The notes under the pieces were generated by a model. The model worked only from the letters and a program-made list of their open reading frames with translations, had not been told where the DNA came from and did no database searches. From Vampirovibrionales bacterium (GTDB lineage Bacteria; Cyanobacteriota; Vampirovibrionia; Vampirovibrionales; JAGQHJ01), in NCBI GenBank assembly GCA_025449835.1, contig JANWIO010000057.1:1-62264 (forward strand): a stretch of 62,264 nt of DNA, in the 5' to 3' direction. The position numbers were made by a program, and so were the translations under genes. Below, in pieces: positions 10,038-18,911 of this stretch. Each line of letters begins with the position of its first letter. Within the stretch, counting starts at the first letter, position 1.

Positions 10038-11170
10038 GGTTTTGCGAATTGCTCCCATATTTTTAAAATTAACTGCGTACAGGTTATCATTTCTTTTAAA
10101 TAAACTCGCTCATTCAGTGAGTGGGGTTCCATGTAGCCTGCACTGAGAACAATACCGGGGACTCCTTCCCGGGCAAAGACATTCACATCGCTCCCCCCAT
10201 TGGTTCGCATCAAATGGGCTGGTAATCCCAGCGATGATATTGCTCGTAAGACCCGTTGAACATTTGGATTTGAAGGGTCAGTCGCATAATGATGGAAGCA
10301 AACTTCACTCTTAAATTCCATAGAGGCCCCATCAATCCGAGAGACGACCTCTTGAAAGGTTTTCTCAAGATGGGTCAACTCTTCTTGAAGCCTAGCTTCA
10401 TCGTGGCCACGAAGTTCGCCTTCTGCAATGGCTAAGTCGGGAACAATATTGGTTGCCTTTCCGCCCCGGATAAAACCAATGTTGGATGTGGTATTTTCAT
10501 CCAAGCGGCCAAATTTTAATTTTTCGATTCCCCAACTGAGAATTTGGATGGCATTAATCCCTTTTTCAGGCATAATCCCCGCATGAACACTTTTTCCATG
10601 AATGGTGACCTTAAATTTGATGTACGTTGGGGCCTCATGAATAACAGTCCCTTGCTTACCAGTATGGTCCCAGGCGATGGCAAGATCCGCATCTTTGTAA
10701 ATACTGGGCGCAATCTCCTTTGCCCCATTGAGCATGACTTCTTCACGAGTGGTGAATAGAAAAAGTAAATTGGGCCGAGGCAGTTTGTGATTCAAAGATA
10801 ATTCCAAAGCTTCCAACATGGGGGTCAAGCCTGATTTATCATCTGCCCCCAAAACAGTGTTGCCTGAAGAGCGGATGAGACAATCCTCACCTTTCCCTTC
10901 TACAATAGGCTCAACGCCAATACATGGCGGAACAACGTCCATATGCCCGGTTAAAATAAGGGTTAAAGCATTTTTAGATCGGTTGGCTGGCACATGGAAT
11001 AAAATATTGCCTCCCTGATCCACTTGTGGGGCAAGCCTTAATGCTATAATTCGTTGCAGAAGATACTCCCTAACAGGCCCTTCCTCTCCACTTGGGCTGT
11101 CTAACCGAACCAGTTCTAAAAACGTCTGAAGCAGTTTTTCAGCATTCACTTTAACTTGGGTTTGCATCAT
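10034..11170 (-). CDS. M20/M25/M40 metallopeptidase (peptidase T-like)
   Basis: GHMDVV, GADDKSG, REE, HAGIMPEKGINAI, GGKATNIVP, GGSD, EPHS. Confidence 0.9.
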   Translation of the reverse strand: MMQTQVKVNAEKLLQTFLELVRLDSPSGEEGPVREYLLQRIIALRLAPQVDQGGNILFHVPANRSKNALTLILTGHMDVVPPCIGVEPIVEGKGEDCLIRSSGNTVLGADDKSGLTPMLEALELSLNHKLPRPNLLFLFTTREEVMLNGAKEIAPSIYKDADLAIAWDHTGKQGTVIHEAPTYIKFKVTIHGKSVHAGIMPEKGINAIQILSWGIEKLKFGRLDENTTSNIGFIRGGKATNIVPDLAIAEGELRGHDEARLQEELTHLEKTFQEVVSRIDGASMEFKSEVCFHHYATDPSNPNVQRVLRAISSLGLPAHLMRTNGGSDVNVFAREGVPGIVLSAGYMEPHSLNERVYLKEMITCTQLILKIWEQFAKP

Positions 11171-11291
11171 GAGTATAGGGTATCAAAACAAGTCTGATGG
11201 TGAAAGAACTTCTTCTTGTAATGACAATGACAAGACGCATAAGAAACCTAAAAATGAGTAAATACCCGGGTATTTGAAGATCTGCAAAGCA

Positions 11292-11320
11292 TAAAAAAAG
11301 TCCGGCAATTGCTTGCCGGA
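11292..11320 (-). terminator. Orphan intrinsic terminator ~120 nt upstream of the peptidase operon
   Basis: TCCGGCAA-GCAA-TTGCCGGA followed by CTTTTTTT on the minus strand. Confidence 0.65.
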
Positions 11321-11552
11321 GTATATGTTCTCTCTTTTCTTCTCGTAGGTTGTATGAGTATGGGAGGTTTCGCTTCTCTCATAGCCTAATAAAAACAACC
11401 ACGCATGAGAAATTGCGTTTTTTTTTAATATTTTGATCATATTTTTACAATTCGTAATATTTTATCCCGAGATAAGTTTGGCGTAACAATTTTTCCGCTT
11501 GCCTGGTTTTTAAAGTCATAATGTACGCAATTACCAATAAAGGTTATCCTCT

Positions 11553-12059
11553 ATGAGTACATGCCCTCGATTCAGTGGTATTGAACGAATTAATACCCGT
11601 TACTCCAACCAATGGAAAAGCCATCGCAAAGCCGTTCGAGAATATGTTGAGGGGTTTTACCGGGGAACGCCGAAACTGATTGTTCATGACGGTTTATATG
11701 AAAGCTATGTATTCTCGGGAAGTAAAGATATTCAGAAATTTGATAGTCTTTTACGCCAATATGAGAAAATGAGTCAACACGATTTAATCTTCTTAAGACT
11801 CATAAAACAGCGAGAATTTTGGTTAAAAACATTTACACCGGCGATGCAAAAAGCCATTAAAACATTAGTAACCCGAACCACGGAGAAGCCACTCTCGAAA
11901 CAACCAGTGAATGCATTGGCTTCTAAACGTGCTCAAAGAGTATCCAGCCAACAACCCACTTTAACCCTCCTCGGCATTCCCTTTCAAAACAAATGGGTAC
12001 CCAAACTTCCCCAAAAATTTAGAGCGCTGGTCAGTTTTTTGATGCCTTTAAAGGATTAA
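11553..12059 (+). CDS. Hypothetical basic protein with N-terminal PRFSG motif
   Basis: 168-aa ORF, no family recognised. Confidence 0.65.
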   Translation: MSTCPRFSGIERINTRYSNQWKSHRKAVREYVEGFYRGTPKLIVHDGLYESYVFSGSKDIQKFDSLLRQYEKMSQHDLIFLRLIKQREFWLKTFTPAMQKAIKTLVTRTTEKPLSKQPVNALASKRAQRVSSQQPTLTLLGIPFQNKWVPKLPQKFRALVSFLMPLKD

Positions 12060-12173
12060 TTGGTTTTATGAATGAAAGATCAAAGTTTTAAGGAGAAAAG
12101 TAGAGTTGTTGTGTGGGTGCTTCTATGAGAAACTTTTTATACAAAATGTTGGGATTTGAATAACTAGTACTCA

Positions 12174-12938
12174 ATGCAAATGATGAACATCTATTTTTCG
12201 CAAATACGTTCTTTATCAAAACAACCTGTTCGTCAGGGATTTAATCGTCGTCAGCCCCTGTCAAATGCTTCGGGTAATCAGTCCACACTTCGTTTTGGGA
12301 GTACCTCCCTTTCCTGTGAAGAAAATGAATTGTTTTCTGCTGCAAAAGTCGGGCGAATTGATATTGTGACGCAACTGCTCAAAAAAGGCGTTGATGTCAA
12401 TATTCGGGATCCCCGTGGTAATACGCCTTTGCATTGGGCTGCTGCCAAAGGTAATCAGATGACGATGGGCGTTTTATTGAGTGCTCGGATGGCTCTTCCT
12501 AATCCAATCAATCATGATGGCTATTCCCCCTTGGCGGTTGCGGTATTAAATGGCCAGGCACAGTGTGTTGATAAGATGTTAATCCCTAGATTTGCAGTAG
12601 ATGTCAACCGACCTGTCAGAGCATTAAACAACGATACACCTTTACTCATCGCCATTGGCAATGGTGATAAAGAAATTGTTGAACAATTACTCCGAAATCC
12701 TCATATTAATATAAATATTCAGAACAACACTGGTGAAACTGCATTAATGAGAGTGGCAGAGACGGGGCAATTAAGTATTGCTAAAATCTTACTCTCTCGG
12801 AGAGACTTGGATGTCAATTTAGCCAACAAGGATGGTGAAACGGCTCGACAGATTGCCTTTCAACATGGCCATGACGACATTAATAAGCTGATTTGGGAGC
12901 GTCAGGATCGACCATTTGGCGAGTCTGAGTCTATTTAG
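12174..12938 (+). CDS. Ankyrin repeat protein (~6 repeats) with low-complexity leader ending in LRFG
   Basis: GNTPLHWAA, GYSPLAVAV, NDTPLLIAI, GETALMRVA, GETARQIA. Confidence 0.92.
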   Translation: MQMMNIYFSQIRSLSKQPVRQGFNRRQPLSNASGNQSTLRFGSTSLSCEENELFSAAKVGRIDIVTQLLKKGVDVNIRDPRGNTPLHWAAAKGNQMTMGVLLSARMALPNPINHDGYSPLAVAVLNGQAQCVDKMLIPRFAVDVNRPVRALNNDTPLLIAIGNGDKEIVEQLLRNPHININIQNNTGETALMRVAETGQLSIAKILLSRRDLDVNLANKDGETARQIAFQHGHDDINKLIWERQDRPFGESESI

Positions 12939-14536
12939 GTATTCCCTAATTCAATAAATTTAGACCCTAAAATGCCATCAAGACGCTCAATTTTGAGAAG
13001 AACATCTGATGGAATGGCATTATCCAAATTAAAGATCATCATCGACTCGCCCCCGGCTTCGGTGCCTTTCCGAGCAACCTGCAACGCACTCACGTTGATT
13101 TTATTCTCGCCCAAAACCGTTGCGACCTTGGCAATCATCCCAGGTTTATCGATGTGGGGTGTTAAAAGCAGATAGTTTGAAGGCTCAACGCTGGCAGGAT
13201 ATTGGTTTAATTCGACAATTCGATACAGTTTATCTGAAATTAAGCTGCCTGAGACGGAGTAAGTCCCCGTATCGGTACTTAACTTAATGGTCAGCAAATT
13301 TGCAAAGTTACCCGCCCGGGGAGAGCGGGATTCTTTCACAGCAATCCCTTCTTCTTCTGCAATCACCAACGCATTTACATAATTAACCCCTTCTCGGGCA
13401 TACCCTAACAAGCCTTTTAACACAGCAAGGGTTAAAGGGGTTAGGTTTTCTTGAGACAATGTTCCACCGGCAATCAATTCAATCTGTGTAGCTCCGCCTG
13501 GTGTCACTTGTCGAAGCAAATTCCCCATTTGTTCTGCCATGGTCATATAATTTCGAACCGGATCTAAGATTTCTTTTCGCAATGCGGGGATATTGACAGC
13601 ACTCTGTGCCGTGCCACTTTGAAAGTATTCTAAAATTTGTTCAGCAACATCCCGTGCTACGTTTACTTGGGCTTCTTCGGTGCTAGCCCCCAAGTGAGGG
13701 GTCGTAATGACCTTATCTCCCAGTTTCAACAAAGGATCGGTTTGCGGCAATGGTTCATGTTCAAATACATCTAAAGCGACGCCTGCCACTTTTCCCGTCT
13801 CAATAGCTTGAATGAGTGCTGATTCATCAATAATCCCGCCCCGAGCACAGTTTACAATCCTTACACCGTCTTTCATCTGTGCAAAAGTCTCTTTGTTTAA
13901 CAGATGCTCAGTCTCTGGTATTTTGGGTGCATGAAGCGTCAAAAAGTCTGAAGTTTTAAAAATAGTCTCTAGTGGTACAGATTCTACTTTGAGCTCTTCT
14001 GCCATCTGAGCCGATAAGAAGGGATCATAAACCAAGATCCGCATGCCCATTCGTTGGAAGACAGCCGCCACCCGACGGCCGATTTTACCAAATCCAATGA
14101 CACCCAGGGTTTTTCCAAATAATTCAACCCCAGTTAGCTCTTTACTCCGCCATCCCCCAGATTTTACAACCCTATCGGCTTGAGCAATATGGCGGGATAA
14201 TGCCATAATCATTCCAATAGTATGTTCTGCTGCTGCAACTGTGTTACCACCTGGGGAGTTAACCACAATAACCCCGTGGCGGGTTGCTGATTTTAAATCA
14301 ATGTTGTCCGTTCCAACACCGGCACGCCCAACAATTCTCAAGTTTGGTGAAACATCAAAAATATTTTGGGTAACTTGGGTTGCGCTCCGAACCATTAACC
14401 CCACAATATCGGGCATTGTTTCAATCAGTTGAGCATCAGAAAGCTTGGGCTCAAAGACCACGTCACAAAAATCTTCTAAAACCGATTTTGCAATGGGATG
14501 AATGCCATCTGTAATTAAAACCTTGGGTTTGCCCAT
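12935..14536 (-). CDS. serA: D-3-phosphoglycerate dehydrogenase (type I, with ASB and ACT domains)
   Basis: VGRAGVGTDNID, GVIGFGKIG, NCARGGII, PHLGAST, C-terminal ACT (DKPGMIAKV); start set at ATG 14536. Confidence 0.96.
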   Translation of the reverse strand: MGKPKVLITDGIHPIAKSVLEDFCDVVFEPKLSDAQLIETMPDIVGLMVRSATQVTQNIFDVSPNLRIVGRAGVGTDNIDLKSATRHGVIVVNSPGGNTVAAAEHTIGMIMALSRHIAQADRVVKSGGWRSKELTGVELFGKTLGVIGFGKIGRRVAAVFQRMGMRILVYDPFLSAQMAEELKVESVPLETIFKTSDFLTLHAPKIPETEHLLNKETFAQMKDGVRIVNCARGGIIDESALIQAIETGKVAGVALDVFEHEPLPQTDPLLKLGDKVITTPHLGASTEEAQVNVARDVAEQILEYFQSGTAQSAVNIPALRKEILDPVRNYMTMAEQMGNLLRQVTPGGATQIELIAGGTLSQENLTPLTLAVLKGLLGYAREGVNYVNALVIAEEEGIAVKESRSPRAGNFANLLTIKLSTDTGTYSVSGSLISDKLYRIVELNQYPASVEPSNYLLLTPHIDKPGMIAKVATVLGENKINVSALQVARKGTEAGGESMMIFNLDNAIPSDVLLKIERLDGILGSKFIELGNT

Positions 14537-14540
14537 AAGC

Positions 14541-15695
14541 CTATAAAAGTTCTCCTTGTGCACCAGCCACGGCAGTTCCCAATGGCGTTTTCTGATACCC
14601 TAACTGATGACAAACCACTTCCAGACAAGACACAACCGTTAGAATATCTCTTGGAAAAATGGCGCCTAGATGACCAATCCGAAAGATCTTGCCCGTTAAA
14701 TTTTTCTGACCATTGGCAATCACAATGTTAAATTGTTCTTTAATCCCTGCCCGAATGGCATCTACCGAAATCCCATCTGGCGGTAGGACAGACGTGACAG
14801 AGGGGCTGGCAAGGGTATCACTCTCAACAAACAAAGAAAGCCCCATTGATTTAACCGCCTGGCGAACCATTTGTTGATTTTTTAGATGACGCTGAAAAAT
14901 ACCCTCTAATCCTTCTTCTTGGAGCAGAGCAAGTGATTTTTGCATCCCAAAAGTAAGATTCACGGCAGGTGTATAAGGTGTTTGTCCTTTTTCAACCACT
15001 TTTTCATATTTTGAAAAGTTGAAATAGTGTCCTGGTGCTGCACACTGCTGATGCTGCGCCATGGCTTTTTCACTGGCTGCCAAAAATGAGAGTCCCGGTG
15101 GAATCATAAACCCTTTTTGACTTCCAGAAACCGCAATATCAATTCCCCAGGCATCAAATTCAAAATTTGTCGCGCCAAGACTGGTAACCGTATCCACAAT
15201 CACAAGGGCATCTGAGTGTTTTTTGACCGTTTGGGCTAATGCTTGAATTGGGTTCAAGACCCCCGTTGATGTTTCATTGTGGATCATACAAACCGCTTTT
15301 ATCTGTTGGCCCTGAGGCCCTTTTAAAAACGTTTCCAAAGCCTCGGGTGTGTTTGACTGACCTGGCGGTACTTCAATAAGATGGACTTGGAGCCCCAATT
15401 CTTGTGCAATTTCTGCCCAGCGATGGCTAAAAACACCGCATGATAATACGAGAACCTCATCCCCATGGTTTAAGACATTTATTAAAGAAGCTTCCATAGC
15501 TCCTGTGCCAGATGCAGTGTAGAGAAAGACAGGTCTTTGGGTTCTGAAAATCCATTGTAACCCAGCATAAACTTCTTGTAGAACAACTTTAAACTCATTA
15601 CTTCGATGCCCAATGGGTGGGCGGGATAAAGCCTCTAAAATAGCCTCAGGAACTGGGGTAGGGCCTGGGATCATTAATGCTAAGTCAGATTTCAT
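14541..15695 (-). CDS. Class V PLP aminotransferase (AGT/serine-pyruvate family; probable phosphoserine aminotransferase role)
   Basis: MIPGPTPVP, SGTGAME, HNETSTG, SGSQKGFMIPPG, FRIGHLG; directly upstream of serA. Confidence 0.9.
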   Translation of the reverse strand: MKSDLALMIPGPTPVPEAILEALSRPPIGHRSNEFKVVLQEVYAGLQWIFRTQRPVFLYTASGTGAMEASLINVLNHGDEVLVLSCGVFSHRWAEIAQELGLQVHLIEVPPGQSNTPEALETFLKGPQGQQIKAVCMIHNETSTGVLNPIQALAQTVKKHSDALVIVDTVTSLGATNFEFDAWGIDIAVSGSQKGFMIPPGLSFLAASEKAMAQHQQCAAPGHYFNFSKYEKVVEKGQTPYTPAVNLTFGMQKSLALLQEEGLEGIFQRHLKNQQMVRQAVKSMGLSLFVESDTLASPSVTSVLPPDGISVDAIRAGIKEQFNIVIANGQKNLTGKIFRIGHLGAIFPRDILTVVSCLEVVCHQLGYQKTPLGTAVAGAQGELL

Positions 15696-15921
15696 TAGGA
15701 ATTATCACTATCCGTTATCTCTGGACATGATTGTATCTGAAACAATTGAATGTGACATTGAGAAATATGATTCATTGCGTTTTGCAATTTTTGCCGAAAT
15801 GCGGTTGAGAAGACATGGGGTTGGCAAAAGAATTCATCTGTTTAATGTATTCAGAAATGATGAATGATAACGATACCTATCTTACCCAAAAACCCTCCTC
15901 TCTCCCAAAATCACCCATATT

Positions 15922-15948
15922 AGTGCCTTTTATGAGGCACTTTTTTTT
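15922..15948 (+). terminator. Orphan plus-strand intrinsic terminator in a divergent intergenic region
   Basis: AGTGCCT-TTTATG-AGGCACT followed by 7 T. Confidence 0.65.
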
Positions 15949-16041
15949 AGGAAATCCCAATAATTGATTTCATGACATATATAAAGAATGAAAAAACAGA
16001 AAAAGTTTTTTACGTCTTGTATTTTTTTGTAAGAGAAGGGT

Positions 16042-16068
16042 TTGACACCAATGCGCAAAGAGTATAAT
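16042..16068 (+). promoter_or_regulatory. Sigma70-type promoter for tRNA-Ser
   Basis: Perfect TTGACA and TATAAT, but the spacer is only 15 nt; 29 nt before the tRNA. Confidence 0.55.
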
Positions 16069-16096
16069 TTACTTAATGTGTTTTACACAATTTTGC

Positions 16097-16187
16097 GGAG
16101 AGGTGGCTGAGTGGTCGAAAGCGGCTTCCTGCTAAGAAGTTGTCCGGGCTTAAACCTGGACCGTGGGTTCGAATCCCACCCTCTCCG
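16097..16187 (+). tRNA. tRNA-Ser (GCT)
   Basis: GGAGAGG/CCTCTCC acceptor stem, anticodon loop CTGCTAA, long variable arm, TTCGAAT; CCA not encoded. Confidence 0.97.
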
Positions 16188-16193
16188 AATTTT

Positions 16194-16224
16194 AAAAGCC
16201 CTTCGTTATAGCAGAAGGGCTTTT
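16194..16224. terminator. Bidirectional terminator between tRNA-Ser and the convergent CDS
   Basis: AAAAGCCCTTC...GAAGGGCTTTT. Confidence 0.8.
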
Positions 16225-16252
16225 ATGTGTTTTAATACAAAAATTCAGCAGG

Positions 16253-17413
16253 TTATTTGAAATAAGCTGCGACAGACTGGTCTTCTGCAAAACACTTGCC
16301 ATTCCAGCGATAAACGTAAACAGGATGGTAGGGGTCCTCTTTAAATTCTCGAACGACCAGTTCAAACTTTCCATCGTTGTCTAAATCTTCAGCAATGTAA
16401 GGGGCTTTATAGGATGTAAACTCTCCAACAACATTGTTTTTACCGGCCATCACTTCAACTTGATAGGGTTTTCCAGGCTCGGTCTTAAAAAAATCAATGG
16501 ATTCAGATTGACCATTATTGTTTAAATCCCAAGAAATTGACTGTGCTAACGCTTTCCAATCGGGGGGTGTCGCACTAAAATTACATGTAGAAGACACCTC
16601 GGGGGGGTGAGAATCATTCATGGCTGGGGAATCTGAATTATTATCAGCAACTTCTAAGGATAACAATTGGTCGCCTTTAGCTTGAGTATTCATAGAGGTA
16701 CTGCCATAGGGCACATATAAGGTTGAAACATCTTCTTGCCGAAGACTATTAAAGGCTGGATAGGATGTCAATGCTTTCATAATATTAATGTAGGAAGGCC
16801 AGACGCCTGGCAGAAGATCCTGTTTGTTATAATTTAAAGCATCTTGGAACTTGTAGGTAACATCTAACTTGCGGTCGGTCATCATATCTGGTGAGGCATG
16901 CTCGAAAACTTTATCTGCATCAATCTGAGCTAAGCCATAGGCCAAGCTGGTATAAGGAGATTCCAATTTGTCATTGGCTTTTCTGAGGAAAAACAGACCA
17001 TTTTTATCTGCCTGCATTACCAGTTGGGCATAACCATAATCAAAAAACTTATTTGCATCATTGGGGTCAGAGAGATATCTGGTCTTCAAAGCAGCCATCA
17101 ATTTATCATTTTCTGCTTGATTTTGGCCAAAGGCTGCGTATGCTCTTCGTAAAGCTTCCATATGAAGTAACAATGGTTTGGTTGAATCAATTAATTTTAA
17201 AGTGGAATCTGCGGTTTGTACGCTTTGGTCCAAAGTAGCAGCTTGTGAATAACTTGAAACATCTAAAGGAACCGTTCGGAGTAACATCGAACTCGTATCA
17301 TCACTCGCAAAGCTGTTTAATTGAAACGAAACGGCCAGTGTTCCTGCCAAAATTAAAGAAAACAAACCACGCTTAACCCAAGACGCTTTATTGTAGGGCA
17401 TTTTAAAAACCAC
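16253..17413 (-). CDS. Exported hypothetical protein with a helical (TPR-like) region and C-terminal FG-GAP/VCBS-like Ca-binding loops
   Basis: Signal-like N-terminus; WDLNNNGQSE and EDLDNDGKFELVV motifs. Confidence 0.75.
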   Translation of the reverse strand: MVFKMPYNKASWVKRGLFSLILAGTLAVSFQLNSFASDDTSSMLLRTVPLDVSSYSQAATLDQSVQTADSTLKLIDSTKPLLLHMEALRRAYAAFGQNQAENDKLMAALKTRYLSDPNDANKFFDYGYAQLVMQADKNGLFFLRKANDKLESPYTSLAYGLAQIDADKVFEHASPDMMTDRKLDVTYKFQDALNYNKQDLLPGVWPSYINIMKALTSYPAFNSLRQEDVSTLYVPYGSTSMNTQAKGDQLLSLEVADNNSDSPAMNDSHPPEVSSTCNFSATPPDWKALAQSISWDLNNNGQSESIDFFKTEPGKPYQVEVMAGKNNVVGEFTSYKAPYIAEDLDNDGKFELVVREFKEDPYHPVYVYRWNGKCFAEDQSVAAYFK

Positions 17414-17603
17414 TCCTCTCTATTACAAGATATCAATTAGGAAATACTCGCATTGTATGCAATCCGCATTACAATGGCTTTTCCATTCTTATTATAGATA
17501 AATTCGTTTAAAAGAGGGCAATGGATTTTGAGATTTCTATTAGGGGTGCAGCAATATCTGAAAAATTTCGGTATGTCTGATCAACTTTCATAGTACAGGT
17601 ACT

Positions 17604-18674
17604 TTAAGCGCTACCCGTTTGAATCGTCGTTTGATTTTGGGTGGTTGTTTGGGTTTGGCTTGGCTGACTACTATTGAAATTAAAGAGGTTCCCTTTTTTC
17701 ATAATGAAAGCAACAAGCATAATGGGCAATAGCTGATTGAGGAAATTATTGCTACTAGGTGCAGGCGCTGGTGATGGCATTAAGTTGGTAGCACCGAGTC
17801 CACCGAGTCCTAGGCTACCAAGGCTACTGGAGCCAAGTCCACTGAGACCTAAACTACCAAGGCTACTGGAGCCAAGTCCACCAAGACCTAAACTTCCAAG
17901 ACTATTGGAACCGAGTCCACCAAGTCCTAGACTTCCGAGGCCACTGGAGCCAAGTCCACCAAGTCCTAGGCTTCCAAGGCTACTGGAACTGAGTCCATTA
18001 TTACCAAGATATGGATTTCCAATACTATTTGCATAGGGATTACTCATATATTGCTGTGGAATGGGACTTCCAAGACCAGTTGAGCCAAGATAGGGATTTC
18101 CGATACTATTTGCATGAGGATTGCCCATATATTGTTGTGGCATAGAACTTACAGGACCGTTCCCAAGGCCAGCTAATGATCCGCCTTGCGGGTTGCCTAA
18201 GATGGCACTTTGATCCGGTGTGAGTCCAGACGATGATGGGCTTTGTTGTGCAAAAGGATCGTAGCCTCCTCCGAATCCGGAATTATCCATTCCTGAAAGA
18301 TTTCCACCACTTGCGAGGCTGCCTAAAGCACCCTGAAGTGGGGTCCCTTGTCCAGGGACAGTATCACCACCACCATAAAATGGCATGCCTAGTAACAGAC
18401 CTCCCATGCCAAGGGTTGACGGGATTGGACCAACGTTAATATTAACGGCAGATCCATTTGCAAATCCGAGTAATTTATTGATGTAAAAGCTACTTGCCGC
18501 AGGCATTTGGTAAAAAAGTGGATCACCACTGGACGGGAAACCGAACCCAAAAGGTAAACCTGGGGTTCCATCACTTTGGTTTGAATATCCGCCTAGTGAA
18601 GAGGTCGGCCCCATGGACGTATAAAACGCGGGGTTTGCTGATGCTGATGCGACTGATGGTGATAATCCACCCAT
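17604..18674 (-). CDS. Gly/Ser/Pro-rich low-complexity repeat protein with C-terminal hydrophobic segment
   Basis: AGGAG SD upstream; internal tandem repeats; FLNQLLPIMLVAFIM near the C-terminus. Confidence 0.8.
   Translation of the reverse strand: MGGLSPSVASASANPAFYTSMGPTSSLGGYSNQSDGTPGLPFGFGFPSSGDPLFYQMPAASSFYINKLLGFANGSAVNINVGPIPSTLGMGGLLLGMPFYGGGDTVPGQGTPLQGALGSLASGGNLSGMDNSGFGGGYDPFAQQSPSSSGLTPDQSAILGNPQGGSLAGLGNGPVSSMPQQYMGNPHANSIGNPYLGSTGLGSPIPQQYMSNPYANSIGNPYLGNNGLSSSSLGSLGLGGLGSSGLGSLGLGGLGSNSLGSLGLGGLGSSSLGSLGLSGLGSSSLGSLGLGGLGATNLMPSPAPAPSSNNFLNQLLPIMLVAFIMKKGNLFNFNSSQPSQTQTTTQNQTTIQTGSA
17793..17996 (-). repeat. Five 39-nt coding tandem repeats (GLGSSSLGSLGLG) plus a partial copy
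   Basis: Read directly from DNA and translation; synonymous divergence between copies. Confidence 0.9.
18003..18140 (-). repeat. Two copies of PQQYM(G/S)NP(H/Y)ANSIGNPYLG, 81-nt period
   Basis: Copies start at 18140 and 18059. Confidence 0.9.
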
Positions 18675-18911
18675 GTTGTCTTCTCCTGACTTATTCCTTT
18701 CTCAACAAAAGAGCATTCGTAATTCACAGACACAATACAGCTTGTGTATTGCCCTCAAAATCATTATTTACTCTTGTATATATAAAAAAACAAACTTTAT
18801 TTCTTGTGATAGTTTATGAAAAATTGTAAACATTTTATTAAGAAATCACGAAAAAACCCTAAAAAAGGGCTCTAAGTACCATTTAAGAATATTAGCTAAA
18901 ACAGCAAATCG

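Noticed and set aside
11183-11440. 85-aa track ORF upstream of the peptidase
   Set aside because: Runs through a terminator hairpin, no SD, non-protein-like composition
15772-15837. 21-aa minus-strand peptide MNSFANPMSSQPHFGKNCKTQ sharing QPHFG with ORF 93..530
   Set aside because: Too short, no SD; cannot be distinguished from chance, though it could be a gene relic
17793-17996. 39-nt tandem repeats as a possible CRISPR array
   Set aside because: No unique spacers, in-frame coding with synonymous variation, no cas genes
17737-18036. Pro-rich repeat ORF on the plus strand (PSPPSPRLPRLLE)n
   Set aside because: Antisense shadow of the Gly/Ser repeat gene; no SD; the opposite strand has the SD and longer frame
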